DNA of 64,000 bases from Ginglymostoma cirratum. Lineage: Eukaryota. The notes under the pieces were generated by a model. It saw only the letters and a list, made by a program, of their open reading frames with translations, was not told the DNA's origin and searched no databases. Made by a program: the position numbers and the translations under genes. The stretch is from assembly GCA_024137785.1 (NCBI GenBank), contig JAHRHZ010000098.1, positions 24,480,309 to 24,544,308 of the forward strand, in the 5' to 3' direction. Numbering within the stretch: the stretch's first letter is position 1; the number at the start of each line of letters is the position of its first letter. Below are positions 47,824-60,382 of this stretch, one piece after another.

Positions 47824-50561
47824 TGAAATAACTCAACAGAGGTTCGTATCCTGTCACCAAGTCACCCTTAATTTACATGTGCTCAGTACTTTACTCTGGT
47901 CCGGCTTCCTCAGAGCCAGCTCACTGAGTGAGTAGAACCTCTAACACTCCTGTTTATATCTGTCAGCCAGGGCTCCCTGATTGGGGCTGTTATTCTGGCC
48001 CAATCAGGGAACTCACATTTTTGATGACGTTCACCTGGCTGACCTCGTTACAATCACTACATACCTCCCCCTCTAAGTCCAGGAATGTAGGCTTATTCTA
48101 TTTCTCATAGCCCCTCCTGAGGCGTTTTCACAAATTCAGTTCCTCTGACTCAGCCTCAGACACTGGTGGCACATATCAGACCACAGACCACCCCTTGTGC
48201 CCAGAGCGTCTCGGAAGAAATTCATTCTTTTCTTCAGGCAGTAAAGGCATCAGAGCTGCGACATCAGCTGTGTCCATCTCAGACTGTGAGGTTCCTTCAA
48301 CACTAAATGAAGAGGGAGAACCCACGTATTCCGACAGTCTTTCCAGATTTTCTGAGGGGCCGGGTATGTTTCGCTCCATTTGCGAGGTTTCAGCTTTCAT
48401 GTGGTCCACATGTTTCTTCAGGACTGCCTCACGTATCAGAATTTTGTACATCACAGGACCTGACTTCAGACTGACTGTGCCTCTTACCCATGTGGGCCAT
48501 TTCCATGGTTTTGGCACCAAACTTCATTTCCTGAAGTCAGCTGTCTCTCTCATTCCTGATGCTGTTTCACACTCCCTCCCCAGGTCTGGGTAGAACAGAT
48601 TTAACCTGGTGTGGAGCCTTCTCCCCATTAGTAACTCCTCTGGAGCTGTCCCTGTATTTGCATGGGGGTTGGTCCTATGAGCGAATTGGAGCTGAATGGT
48701 TTGTTGTTGAATGAAGCTGTAGGCTGTATCTTTAAGCCTACCTTCAAAGTTTGGACTGCTGTTTCTGCCGGACCATTTGACAATGGATGGTATGGAGCTC
48801 TCCTTGTATGCTGAATGCCATTCGACTTTTGGAAGTATTCAAACTCCTTGCTGGTAAATGATAGCCTGTTGTCTGTGACCAACACTTCCAGGAGCCCATG
48901 CAAAAGATGCTTGTAATTTTTCCATCATTGTCCCTGTGTTTGACGAGTAAACTCTTTGCACGTCCAACCACTTTGAGTGGGCATCTACAATAACTAAGAA
49001 CATTGAGCTCGTGAAAGGACCTTCGGAGTCGACTTGTAACTGGTTTTCCAGGACAGGATCTTTTTGTGTCCACGGTCTGATATTATCAATGATGACCGGA
49101 AGGATATCCAGAAAATTCAAATCCAGAATGAACTCTTCCAATGGCGGCACCGCTGGTGGTGTATATACCAGCAGGAGGTGGTTCAAGGCATCCACATTTG
49201 CTACTTGGTCTCTCGGACAGCATTCCAACTTGTAATTGTGTGCACTTAGAATGAAAGCCCACAGCTGGATTTGACCTGAAGCCATAGGCAGCATGGCCTT
49301 GTCCTCTTTGAGTAGTCTTATGGAGGATTTGTGGTCTGTTACAAATTTATGTCTGCAAAGGTATTGATGGAACTTTCGCTCACCAAAGACGACCACCAAA
49401 TAATCCTTCTCTCTCCGAGGGTAACAGCGCTCCACATCAGCCATACTCTGGAAAGCATACATTATTGGGTGTTCCTCTTCAATCGGCCATCTGTGAGACA
49501 ACACCACCCTGAAACCATACGGGGAGGCTTCACATGTCTGCAACAGATCTTGTTTGGAATCATAGGAGACATTACATTTCTGCGCCAGATCTCCCTGGGA
49601 TCATAGTATGCCAATGATGATAGCTGTTTCTTCATTTCCCTAAAAGCTATGTCTTGGCTACGAGACCATTTCTAAGGCTGACCCTTTTTCAATAGGAGAT
49701 GTAAGAATGGCACGATGAAGGTCGGATTACATATGTACTTTCTGTAATAATTCACGAATCCTAGGAAAGACCTAAGCTCTGGTACAGATGTGGAAGCAGG
49801 GACAACTTTGATCACTCTCACATCACGTTCAACAGGTGTAATTCAGTCTTGTTGACTCTGTACCCTAAGTAGGTCACATGGGATGCCTGGAACACACATT
49901 TTTCCCTTCTAAGGTGTACGCCCACATTGGAAAAATGTCTAAGGACTATGTCTAAGTTCTCTGAGCGCTTTTTATTGGTCTTCATTATTAGCACCTTATC
50001 TAGATAAATGGCAACCATTAAGAGTGAAACCAAAGTCACACGCTTCTGCCAGTCATTTTAACCTCATCAAAAATCCCTACACGGATTCCTCTGGTTCTAG
50101 AATTGCTAAGTGAAACCAATAGTGTCTCAGAATCACAGGAGGGCTTGGGGTTGTAATATCCCTTAACTAAATCTGTCAACACTTGAAAGGTTTTAATGTC
50201 TGATGCCTATTAATCAAAAAGTTGTGGGTCAACAAGCTATCAGGAGAATTACTTGTTGCTTTTCATATGCTGCCATGCTATTTGTGCAGGAAAAAATATT
50301 GTATTCTTTCCACAAACAGGGCCCAATCTTCAATGGCGGGATCGATCAAGTCAAGCTTCCCAAATAAAGGCATGATGCCAGAAATGTGTACCGCGACTTA
50401 AGAACAATCGTTGCGAGCAAATTTCTTCAGGAGCGTACTTGTCCTCTCTTGGCGCCACTGAAATAACTCCACAGAGGCTGGGATCCCGTCACCAAGTCAC
50501 CCTTTACTTACAAGTGTGTCGTACTTGACACTAATCCAGCTTCCTCACAGCCTGCTCTCAG
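47824..50561 (-). mobile_element. Degenerate Ty3/Gypsy LTR retrotransposon (Mag-like): 3' LTR 47824-48061, truncated 5' LTR 50459-50561
   Basis: TG..CA LTR, PPT AGAGGGGGAGGTA at 48062-48074, PBS-like TGGCGCCAAG; gag MPLFGKLD..EDW; RT YLD; RNase H CEASPYG; integrase VDAHSKW, TDN, APYHPLSNG. Confidence 0.9.
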
Positions 50562-50564
50562 GAG

Positions 50565-51070
50565 GGAATGGATGTTTTTGGAAGTGGTACCAATCAACAG
50601 CCTGCTTTGACCTGGATGGTGTTAAGTTTTTGAATGTTGTTGGAGCTGCCCTCATCCAGGAAAATGGGTATATTCTATCATACTCCTGATTTGTGCCTTA
50701 TAGATGGTGGACAGGCTTTGGGGAGTCAGGAGGTGAATTACTTGTTGCCGTATACCTAGCCTCTGGCCTGCTCTTGTCGCTACTTGGTGAAATCGGTTGA
50801 GTTTATGGTCAATTATAAGCTCCAAGATGATGAATGTAGGGGATTCAGTGACAGTCATGTCATTGAATGTCAAGTGGTGGTGGTTAGATTGTCTCTTACT
50901 GGAGATGGTCATTGCCTGGTATTTGTGTGGCGTGAATATTACTTGTCACTTTTCAGCCCAAGTCTGGATATTGTCCAGATTTGGTTGCATTTGAACATGG
51001 ATTGCTTCAGTATCTGAGGTGTTGTGAAAGGTTGAATGTTGTGTAAGCATCAGTGAATATCCCCACTGAA
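50565..51070 (-). mobile_element. CR1/L2-group LINE RT fragment truncating the Gypsy 5' LTR
   Basis: ATRAGQRLGI...LTPQSLSTIYKAQIRSMIEY motif. Confidence 0.75.
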
Positions 51071-52407
51071 ATCAAAATATCCATGAGAAAACTACTTTTC
51101 CATGTTGTGATCTGGACATTTGATTTATGAAATTTTGTTCACCCTGACTATGTTCTTTTTCCACTGTAACTGTGTTAAATGTCTTTTGTCTGTTTTAATT
51201 GTGATTGATTATGTGTGTTTCTGAGGGCTTTGAATAAGTTTTGATAGTTGCATCATAGTAAATTAGAAATCTCTTATTTTTTCTGCTCTTGTTAAAGTTA
51301 TGTGTGTTATAGTCAATAGTTATTTTATTGTTACTGACAAAACCTGGTCTAAATTGCTTTTATCCTGAGTCAGGCAGGCAAATTGGTTATTTTGGTGGTC
51401 TCATTGAGATTTTATACACTTATACATTTTGGGAAGGCGCGCGATCATGATTATCAGTGTACTCTTCCCAATTAAGTTACAACAAAATATACACAGTCGT
51501 ATAATTAGGTGATAATAATATTTCACACAATAGACATATTAGGAAGACTTAAAACCTAGGGTTTAAGAGGCGTGTACATATGAAATTGGACAAGGAACAT
51601 GATTAAGCCTCAAGAGCAGCAATGCATTCATTTTTGGGCACCACCACTTAAGGAAGGCTAGCAATACCCTAGGGTTTTTGCTGAAGAAATTTATTACTAT
51701 GTCACCTGAGCATTCTTTGAGAGCCTCCCCCTCAGCCACAACATGTAACACATGAAAGGACAAGCTCAACATGCATGGGATCAACACCACTTACAGAACC
51801 CTTCCCAATTTACACAATATCCTGATCTGTGAATACATTACCTTTCCTTCATCCCCACTGGGTTACAATGTTAAAACTCTCTACTTACGAGGATGATAAT
51901 TCCAGCATTTTAAGAAAACTACTTACTTAAAGACAATTGGGGATTAAGAATGAATACTGAACTTGCCAGTAATGCCTACATCCCAGGAATGAATTTAAAA
52001 AAGTGATGTCAATATTGAACTTATTACTCCAAGTGTTTGGCATTGTGCTTTAATAAAGAGTAAACTGGAGATTTGAATTTCATTTCAGTAGTCTCTCCAT
52101 AGAAGAAGCTATTGAACAAAAATGTCAAAACCAGCCTCCTGTCAAATAACTTTTGAGAGATTAATGTCTGTATTGGATGGGAGTGATATTTCCTTGGGGG
52201 TTAATGTCTGTAAAGGATATTGCTGGGAAAAAAATGGTTGATTTTTTTCTTTTTGCTATTTCAGTTAAGATCTTTATGAATTATTCCATATATAGATATC
52301 AACACTCCCTTATTGATTTTCAAAACTGGAAATCAATGTGTCAGCATGCTGATTGCACCAATCATGTGACTGCAGAGCTTAGAGGGAACACCGATATATT
52401 CGTTTCA

Positions 52408-55400
52408 GAGATAGTAGGAACTGCAGATGCTGGAGAATCTGAGAGAACAAGGTGTAGAGCTGGATGAACGCAGCAGGCCAAGCAGCATCAGAGGAACAGG
52501 AAGGCTGACGTTTCAGGCCCAGACTCTTCTTCAGAAATGGGGGAGGGGAAGGGGGTTCTGAAATAAATAGGGAGAGGGGGGGAGGCGGATAGAAGATGGA
52601 TTGAGAAGAGGATAGTTGGAGAGGAGACAGACAGGTCAAATAGGCAGTGATGGAGCCAGTAGAGGTGAGTGTAGGTGGGGAGTTAGGGATGAGACAGGTC
52701 AGTCCAGGGAAGATGGGCAGGTCAAGCGGGCGGGATGATGTTAGTAGGTAGGAGATGAGGGTGGGGCTTGAGGTGGGAGGAGGGTTAGGTAGGAGGAAGG
52801 ACAGGTTAGGGAGGCGGGGACAAGCTGGGCTGGTTTTGGGATGTGGTAGGGGGAGGGGAGATTTTGAAGCTTGTGAAGTCCACATTGATACCATTGGGCT
52901 GCAAGGTTTCCAAGCAGAATATGAGTTGCTGTTCCTGCAACCTTCGGGTGGCATCGTTGTGGCACTGCAGGAGGCCCAGGATGGACATATCTTCTGAGGA
53001 AAGGGAGGGGGAGTTGAAATGGTTCGCGACTGGGAGGTGCAGTTGTTTAGTGCGAACCGAGCATAGGTATTCTGCAAAGCGGTCCCCAAGCCTCTGCTTG
53101 GTTTCCCCGATGTAGAGGAGGCCACAATGGGAACAGCGGATGCAGTATATCACATTGGCAGATGAGCAGGTGAACATCTGCTTGATGTGGAAAGTCTTCT
53201 TGGGGCCAGGGATGGGGTGAGGGGGGAGGTGTAGGGGCAGGTGTAGCACTTCCTGCGGTTGCAGGGAAAAGTGCCAGGTGTGGTGGGGCTGGAGAGGAGT
53301 TTGGAGCTGACAAGGGAGTCACGGAGAGAGTGGTCCCTCCGGAAAGCAGATAAGGGTGGGGAGGGAAAAATGTCTTTGGTGGTGGGGTCAGATCGCAGTT
53401 GGCGGAAGTGTTGGAGGATGATGCATTGGATCCAGAGGTTGGTGGGGTGGTACGCGAGGACGAGGGGGATTCTGTTTTGGTTGTTACTGCGGATAGGGGG
53501 TGTGAGGGATGAGTTGTGGGAAATGCGGCAGACACGGTCGAGGGCGTTCTCGACCACTGAAGTGGAGAAGTTGCGGTCCTTGAAAAACGAGGACATCTGA
53601 GATGTACGGGAGTGGAATGGCTCATCCTGTGAGCAGATGCGGTGGAAGCGAAGAAATTGGGAATAGGGGATGTCATTTTTGCAGGAAGGTGGTTGGGTGG
53701 AGGTGTATTCTAGGTAGCTGTGGGAGTCAGTGGGCTTGAAATGGATATCGGTTTCTAGGTGGTTGCCAGAGATGGAGACAGAGAGGTCCAGGAAGGAGAG
53801 AGAGGTATTAGAGATGGCCCAGGTGAAGTGAAGGTTGGGGTGGAAGGTGTGGGTGAAGTGGATGAACTGTTTGAGCTCCTCGTGGGAGCACGAGACGGTA
53901 CCGATACAGTCATCAACATAATGGAGGAAGAAGTGGTGCTTAGGGCCAGTGTAGCTACGGAAGAGGGATTGTTCCACGTAACCTACAAAGAGGCAGGCAT
54001 AGCTTGGGCCCACGCGGGTACCTATGGCCACGCCCTTTGTCTGTAGGAAGTGGGAGCAATTGAAAGAGAAGTTGTTGAGGGTGAGGCCGAGTTCGGCTAA
54101 GCGGATGAGGGTGACAGTGGAGGGGGACTGGTCGGGCCTGCGGGACAGGAAGAAGTGGATGGCCTTTAGGCCATCTGCATGGGGAATGCAAGTGTATAGG
54201 GGCTGGACGTCCATGGTAAAGATGAGGTGTTGGGGACCGGGGAATTGGAAGTTCTGGAGGAGGTGGAGGGCATGGATGGTGTCATGGACGTAGGTAGGGA
54301 GTTCCTGCACCAAGGCGGAGAAAATGGAGTCGAGATAGGTGGAGATAAGTTCGGTGGGGCAGGAGCAGGCAGAGAGAATGGGTCGAACAGGGCAGTCAGG
54401 TTTGTGGATTTTGGGAAGGAGATAGAAGCGGGCGGTGCGGGGTTGGGGAACAATGAGGTTGGAGGTTGTGGGTGGGAGGTCACCTGAGGTGATGAGGTTG
54501 TGGATAGTTTGGGAGATGATGGTTTGGTGGTCGGGGGTGGAGTCATGATCAAGGGGGCAGTAGGAGGAGAGTTGGCGCCTCTGTGCGCCATACTGCAACT
54601 GCGCGTCCCTTGTCCGCGGGTTTTGTGGTGAGGTTGGGATTGGAGCGGAGGGAGTGGAGGGCTGCACATTCTGCAGGGGAGTGGTTGGAGTGGGTGAGAG
54701 GGGTGGAGAAGTTGAGGCGATTGATGTCTCAACGGCATTTGGAGATGAAGAGGTCGAGAGTGGGTAGGAGGCTATAGACCCTATACCCCTGCATTCCCCA
54801 TACAGATGGCCTAAAGGCCCTCCGCTTCTTCCTGCCCCGCAGGCCCGACCAGTCCCCCTCCACTGACACCCTCATCCGCTCAGCCGAACTCGGCCTCACC
54901 CTCAACAACGTCTCTTTCAATTCCTCCCACTTCCTACAGACAAAGGGGGTGGCCATGGGTACCCACATGGGCCCAAGCTATGCCTGCCTCATTGTAGGTT
55001 ATGTGGAACAATCCCTCTTCTGTAGCTACACTGGCCCTAACCCCACCTCTTCCTCCGTTACGTTGATGACTGTATGGGCGCTGCCTTGTGCTCCCACGAG
55101 GAGCTCGAACAGTTCATCCACTTCACCAACACCTTCCACCCCAACCTGAAGTTCACCTGGACCATCTCTAATACTTTTCTCTCCTTCCTGGACCTCTCTG
55201 TTTCCATCTCTGGCAACCACCTAGAAACCGATATCCATTTCAAGCCCACCGACTCCCACAGCTACCTAGAATACACCTCCTCCCACCCACCTTCCTGCAA
55301 AAATGCCATTCCCTATTCCCAATTCCTTCACCTCCACCGCATCTGCTCCCAGGATGAGGCATTCCAGTCCTGCACATCTCAGATGTCCTTGTTTTTCAAG

Positions 55401-56507
55401 GACCGCAACTTACCCCCCTCAGTGATCGAGAACGCCCTCGACCGTGTCTCCCGCATTTCCCGCAATTCATCCCTCACGTCCCTATCCGCAATAACAACCA
55501 AAACAGAATCCCCCTCGTCCTCACATACCACAACACCGACCTCCAGATCCAACGCATCATCCTCCAACACTTCCGCCAACTGCAATCCGACCCCACCACC
55601 AAAGACATTTTTCCCTCCCCACCCTTATCTGCTTTCAGGAGGGACCACTCCCATGTCAGCTCCACACTCCTCTCCAGCCCCACCACACCTGGCACTTTTC
55701 CCTGCAACCGCAGGAAGTGCTACACCTGCACCTACACCTCCCCCCTCTGCCCCATCCCAGGCCCCAAGAAGACTTTCCACATCAAGCAGATGTTCACCTG
55801 CACATCACCTGCTAATGTGGTATACTGCATCCGCTGTTCCCATTGTGGCTTCCTCTACATCGGAGAAACCAAGCGGAGGCTTGGGGGCCGCTTCGCAGAA
55901 CACCTATGCTTGGTTCGCACTAAACAACTGCACTTCCCAGTCGCAAACCATTTCAACTCCCCCTCCCATTCCTCAGATGACATGTCCATCCTGGGCCTCC
56001 TGCAGTGCCACAACGATGCCACCCGAAGGTTGCAGGAACAGCAATTCATATTCCACTTGGACACCCTGCAGCCCAATGTGGACTTCACAAGCTTCAAAAT
56101 CTCCTACATCCCAATACCAGCCCAGCTTGTCCCCGCCTCCCTAACCTGTCCTTCCTCCCACCTATCCCCTCCTCCCACCTCAAGCCCCATCCCCATCTCC
56201 TACTTACTAACCACATCCCGCCCGCTTGACCTGTCCATCCTCCCTGGACTGACCTATCTCCTACTTAACTCCCCACCTTCACTCACCTCTACTGGCTCCA
56301 TCACTGCCTATTTGACCTGTCTGTCTCCTCTCCAACTATCTTCTGCTCTATCCATCTTCTATCCGCCTCCCCCTCTCTCCCTATTTATTTCAGAACCCAC
56401 TTCCCCTCCCCCATTTCTGAAGAAGAGTCTAGGCCCGAAACGTCAGCCTTCCTGCTCCTCTGATGCTGCTTTGCCTGCTGTGTTCATCCAGCTCTACACC
56501 TTGTTAT
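52408..56507. mobile_element. Two-armed inverted Penelope-like (Neptune) insertion (minus arm 52408-~54775, plus arm ~54775-56507), frameshifted RT + GIY-YIG
   Basis: ORFs with FYLLPKIHK, GVAIGTRVGPSYA, HYVDD, YCIRCSHCGLLYIGETK; TSD CACYGATATATTYG at 52389-52402 and 56508-56521. Confidence 0.95.
56417..56444 (+). ncRNA. Minimal hammerhead motif (CUGAAGA subfamily)
   Basis: CTGAAGA-A-GAGTCTAGGCCC-GAAACGTC; one stem II mismatch; mirror copy at 52507-52534 (-). Confidence 0.65.
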
Positions 56508-58243
56508 CACTGATATATTTGGCTTGGTTACTTTCTCACAAGTAATAAATTTGAGTACTTTCATTAAAAGAACATTGCCAGCCCTATTTGAAAATGTCTA
56601 ATAACCGAACTTCAGTAACCACAGTGCAAAAATAAAGCTCACAATCTATCAAGCCAGCTTTCACTCGAAGATCTGACTTATCCAATATTGCCATCAACTG
56701 GGATTAAAGTAACAGCCATGAAAGAAAATAGAGATTAAGCATTAGACCAAGTGGTTCACAAACTAAGAGAAAAGAAAAGGACATGTAGAAACTACATTAA
56801 AAGAGCATTTGAGACAGAGGATTTTGCCTTGATTTAAAGTTTACACCTAATGGAATCCAAAAATCAGAAAGATTGTCTACCAGTAGCATCTTGATAGTTA
56901 CCCAAACTGAATCAATTGAGCAATTTCTTAACTTACGACATATAAAAGCCATGAATTTTACTCAGTATGACAAAGTTGATTTACTGTAATGCATGGCAGA
57001 GGTGAAGCTGCAAACAGTGAAACAAACTTTCATTTAAATGAGAATAACTTTAATAATCTATGCAAATTGGACTTGAGCTCCTGCTACTTTTACTGGGTTG
57101 GTTTGCTACAAAGAAGAATTGTTTAGTGGTGAAATTTGAGTAGTTGAAATAAATAGCGTAAACGCATTTATGGGGAAGCTGGTCAAGCAGGGAAAGAAAG
57201 AATAGAGGGTTATGTTAATAAAGATAGATAAGAAAGAATGAAGCACAAGTGGACCTAAAATGCTGGCATTGACTAGTTGGGCTGAATGACCTTTTTCTGT
57301 ATTATGTGGAAAATCATTCTCATGCATGGAAGCAGTTTCTGCCTTTATGTTAATGACATCAATCTTGAGATTACCACAGCCTTTCTCAACTTGTGAAAGT
57401 GTTCCTGACATCTTACATTCAGAATTGTGTCCAAACTGTATTTAGTTAATAATGTATACACATTAATAAGTTAATGATGTCGTCTCAAGATATTTTTGAC
57501 ATGTATCTGAAAGCTGATTTTGTTGTAACTCATTGAGTAACATACGGCCAAAATATAAACATTAAATTCAAAATGGTTTGTCAGATGCTGTCATCACATG
57601 AATTTCAGTGCCTTGAATGTGGAAGTATTAATTCTGAGTTACTCACCATTACTTCCAGTATCAAATTCAGCAGCTGACTGCAGAAATCTATGACTTGCTG
57701 AATTATGGCCTTATTTCCTATTTCCATCTCTATTCATTGTTCCAATCTTCTCTTTCAGTGATATGTTGTACACAGTGTGATCTTACAAAATTGCTCTTCT
57801 CACCAAGAAGCTGGGTACAGTCTAAGAAAATATCCATCAATCTTGTGTCGTCGCTCATGAATTGGTGAAACAAACTATAACCAGGGAACAAGTTAATTCT
57901 GGACATCTGGCCAAAAAAATCTGTTTATACAGTGCCCTTCTTTTCACTAGTGTTGGTTCAGTTCCAAAACAACATGGTGTTTCTGGAGTAGGCCATGCTG
58001 TGTAGTATTTTGAGTGGCTATTTTAGGTGATTGATAGCATGGCCATGGGAACACATGGAAAGGGCAGATTGTAATGTCAGTTAGTGTGCAAACAGTTAGT
58101 ATGTGATGCCAACAAGGACCATTTTCGATCTCAATGATCCAGCTAATGGCCTAGCTTAAACTTATACAGCTTAAAGTGCATTCAGAAGCAGTGAGGGATG
58201 GATGCAAGCTGCACTTTTTGAAAAGGATCATTAGCCACTTTCA

Positions 58244-60382
58244 AGATAACAAGCATGGGGCTGGATGAACACAGCGCGTCAAGCAGCATCATAGGAGCAG
58301 GAAAACTTGACGTTTCGGGCCTAGACCCTTCATCAGAAATGGGGGAGGGGAAGAGGGTTCTGAAATAAATAGGGAGAGAGGGGGAGGCGGATAGAGGATG
58401 GATAGAGGAGAGGATAGGTGGAGAGGAGGCAGACAAGTCGAAGAGGCGGGGATGGAGCCAGTAAAGGTGAGTGTAGGTAGGGGGGTAGGGAGGAGATAGG
58501 TCAGTCCAGGGTGGACGGATGGGTCAAGGGGGCGGGATGATGTTAGTAGATAGGAGATGGGAGTGGGGCTTGAGGTGGGAGGAGGGGATAGGTGAGAGGA
58601 AAAACAGGTTAGGGAGGTGGAGATGAGCTGGGCTGGTTTTGGGATGCGGTTGGGGGAGGGGAGATTTTGAAGCTTGTGAAATCCACATTGATACCATTGG
58701 GCTGCAGGATTCCCAGGCTGAATATGATTTGCTGTTCCTGCAGCCTTCGGGTGGCATCACTGTGGCATTGCAGGAGGCCCAGGATGGACATGTCGTCTGA
58801 GGAATGGGAGGGGGGAGTTGAAATGGTTCACAACTGGGAGGTGCAGTTGTTTGTTGCGAACTGAGCGCAGGTGTTCTGCAAAGTGGTCCCCAAGCCTCCG
58901 CTTGGTTTCCCTCATGTAGAGGAAGCCACAACGGGTACAGCGGATGCAGTATACCACATTGACAGATGTGCAGGTGAACATCTGCCTGATGTGGAAAGTC
59001 TTCTTGGGGCCTGGGATTGGGGTGAGGGAGGAGGTGTGGGGGCAGGTGTAGCACTTCCTGTGGTTGCAGGGAAAAGTGCCGGGTGTGATGGGGCTGGAAG
59101 GGAGTGTGGAGCGGACAAGGGATTCGCGGAGGGAGTGGTCCCTCCGGGAGGCAGATAAGGGTGGGGAGGGAAAGATGTCTTTGGTGGTGGGGTCTGATTG
59201 CAGATGGCGGAAGTGTCGGAGGATGATGCGTTGGATCCGGAGGTTGGTGGGTTGGTACGTGAGGATGAGGGGGATTCTTTTTTGGTTGTTATTGCCGGGA
59301 CGGGGCGTGAGGGATGTGTCACGGGAAATGCGGGAGACACGGTCGAGGGCATTCTCGACCACTGTGGGGGGGAAGTTGCGGTCCTTGAAGAATGAGGACA
59401 TCTGAGATGTACGGGAGTGGAATGTCTCATCCTGGGAGCAGACGCGGCGGAGGCAAAGGAATTGGGAATAGGGGATGGCATTTTTGCAGGAGGGTGGGTG
59501 GGAGGAGGTGTATTCCAGGTAGCTGTGGGAGTCAGTGGGCTTGAAATGGATATCGGTTTCTAGGTGGTTACCCGAGATGGAGACAGAGAGGTCCAGGAAA
59601 GAGAGAGAAGTGTTGGAGATGGTCCAGGTGAACTTCAGGTTGGGGTGGAAGGTGTTGGTGAAGTGGATGAACTGTCCGAGCTCCTCGTGGGAGCACGAGG
59701 CGGCGCCGATGCAGTCATCAATGTAACGGAGGAAGAGGTGGGGTTTAGGGCCAGCGTAGCTACGGAAGAGGGATTGTTCCACGTAACCTACAAAGAGGCA
59801 GGCATAGCTTGGGCCCATGCGGGTACCCATGGCCACCCCTTTTGTCTATAGGAAGTGGGAGGAATTGAAAGAGAAGTTGTTGAGGGTGAGGACGAGTTCG
59901 GCTAAGTGGATGAAGGTGTCGGTGGAGGGGGATTGGTCAGTTCTGCGGGACAGGAAGAAGCAGAGGGCCTTTCACCTCCCTAACCTGTTTTTCCTCTCAC
60001 CTATCCCCTCCTCCCACCTCAAGCCCCACCCCCATCTCCTATCTATTAACATCATCCCGCCCCCTTGACCTGTCCGTCCTCCCTCGACTGACCTATCTCC
60101 TCCCTACCCCCCTACCTACACTCAACTTTACTGGCTCCATCCCCGCCTCTTCGACTTGTCTGCCTCCTCTCCACCTATCTTCTCCTCTATCCATCCTCTA
60201 TTCGCCTCCCCCTCTCTCCCTATTTATTTCAGAACCCTCTTCCCCTCCCCCATTTCTGATGAAGGGTCTAGGCCCAAAACGTCAAGTTTTCCTGCTCCTA
60301 TGATGCTGCTTGACCTGCTGTGTTCATCCAGCCCCACGCTTGTTATCTCGGATTCTCCAGCATCTGCAGTACCTTTTATCTC
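58244..60382. mobile_element. Two-armed inverted Penelope-like (Neptune) insertion (minus arm 58244-~59971, plus arm ~59972-60382)
   Basis: 359-aa ORF with AMGTRMGPSYA, RYIDD and GIY-YIG-like motifs; 16-bp TSD TCATTAGCCACYTTCA at 58228-58243 and 60383-60398. Confidence 0.95.
58309..58336 (-). ncRNA. Minimal type I hammerhead ribozyme motif (best-preserved copy)
   Basis: CUGAUGA-A-GGGU(CUAG)GCCC-GAAACGUC; stem I AUUU/AAGU; palindromic ACGU in place of stem III. Confidence 0.8.

Noticed and set aside
56520-58230. Exons of a neighbouring gene upstream of PRODH
   Set aside because: AT-rich with stops in all frames examined; isolated acceptor-like sites with no coding support
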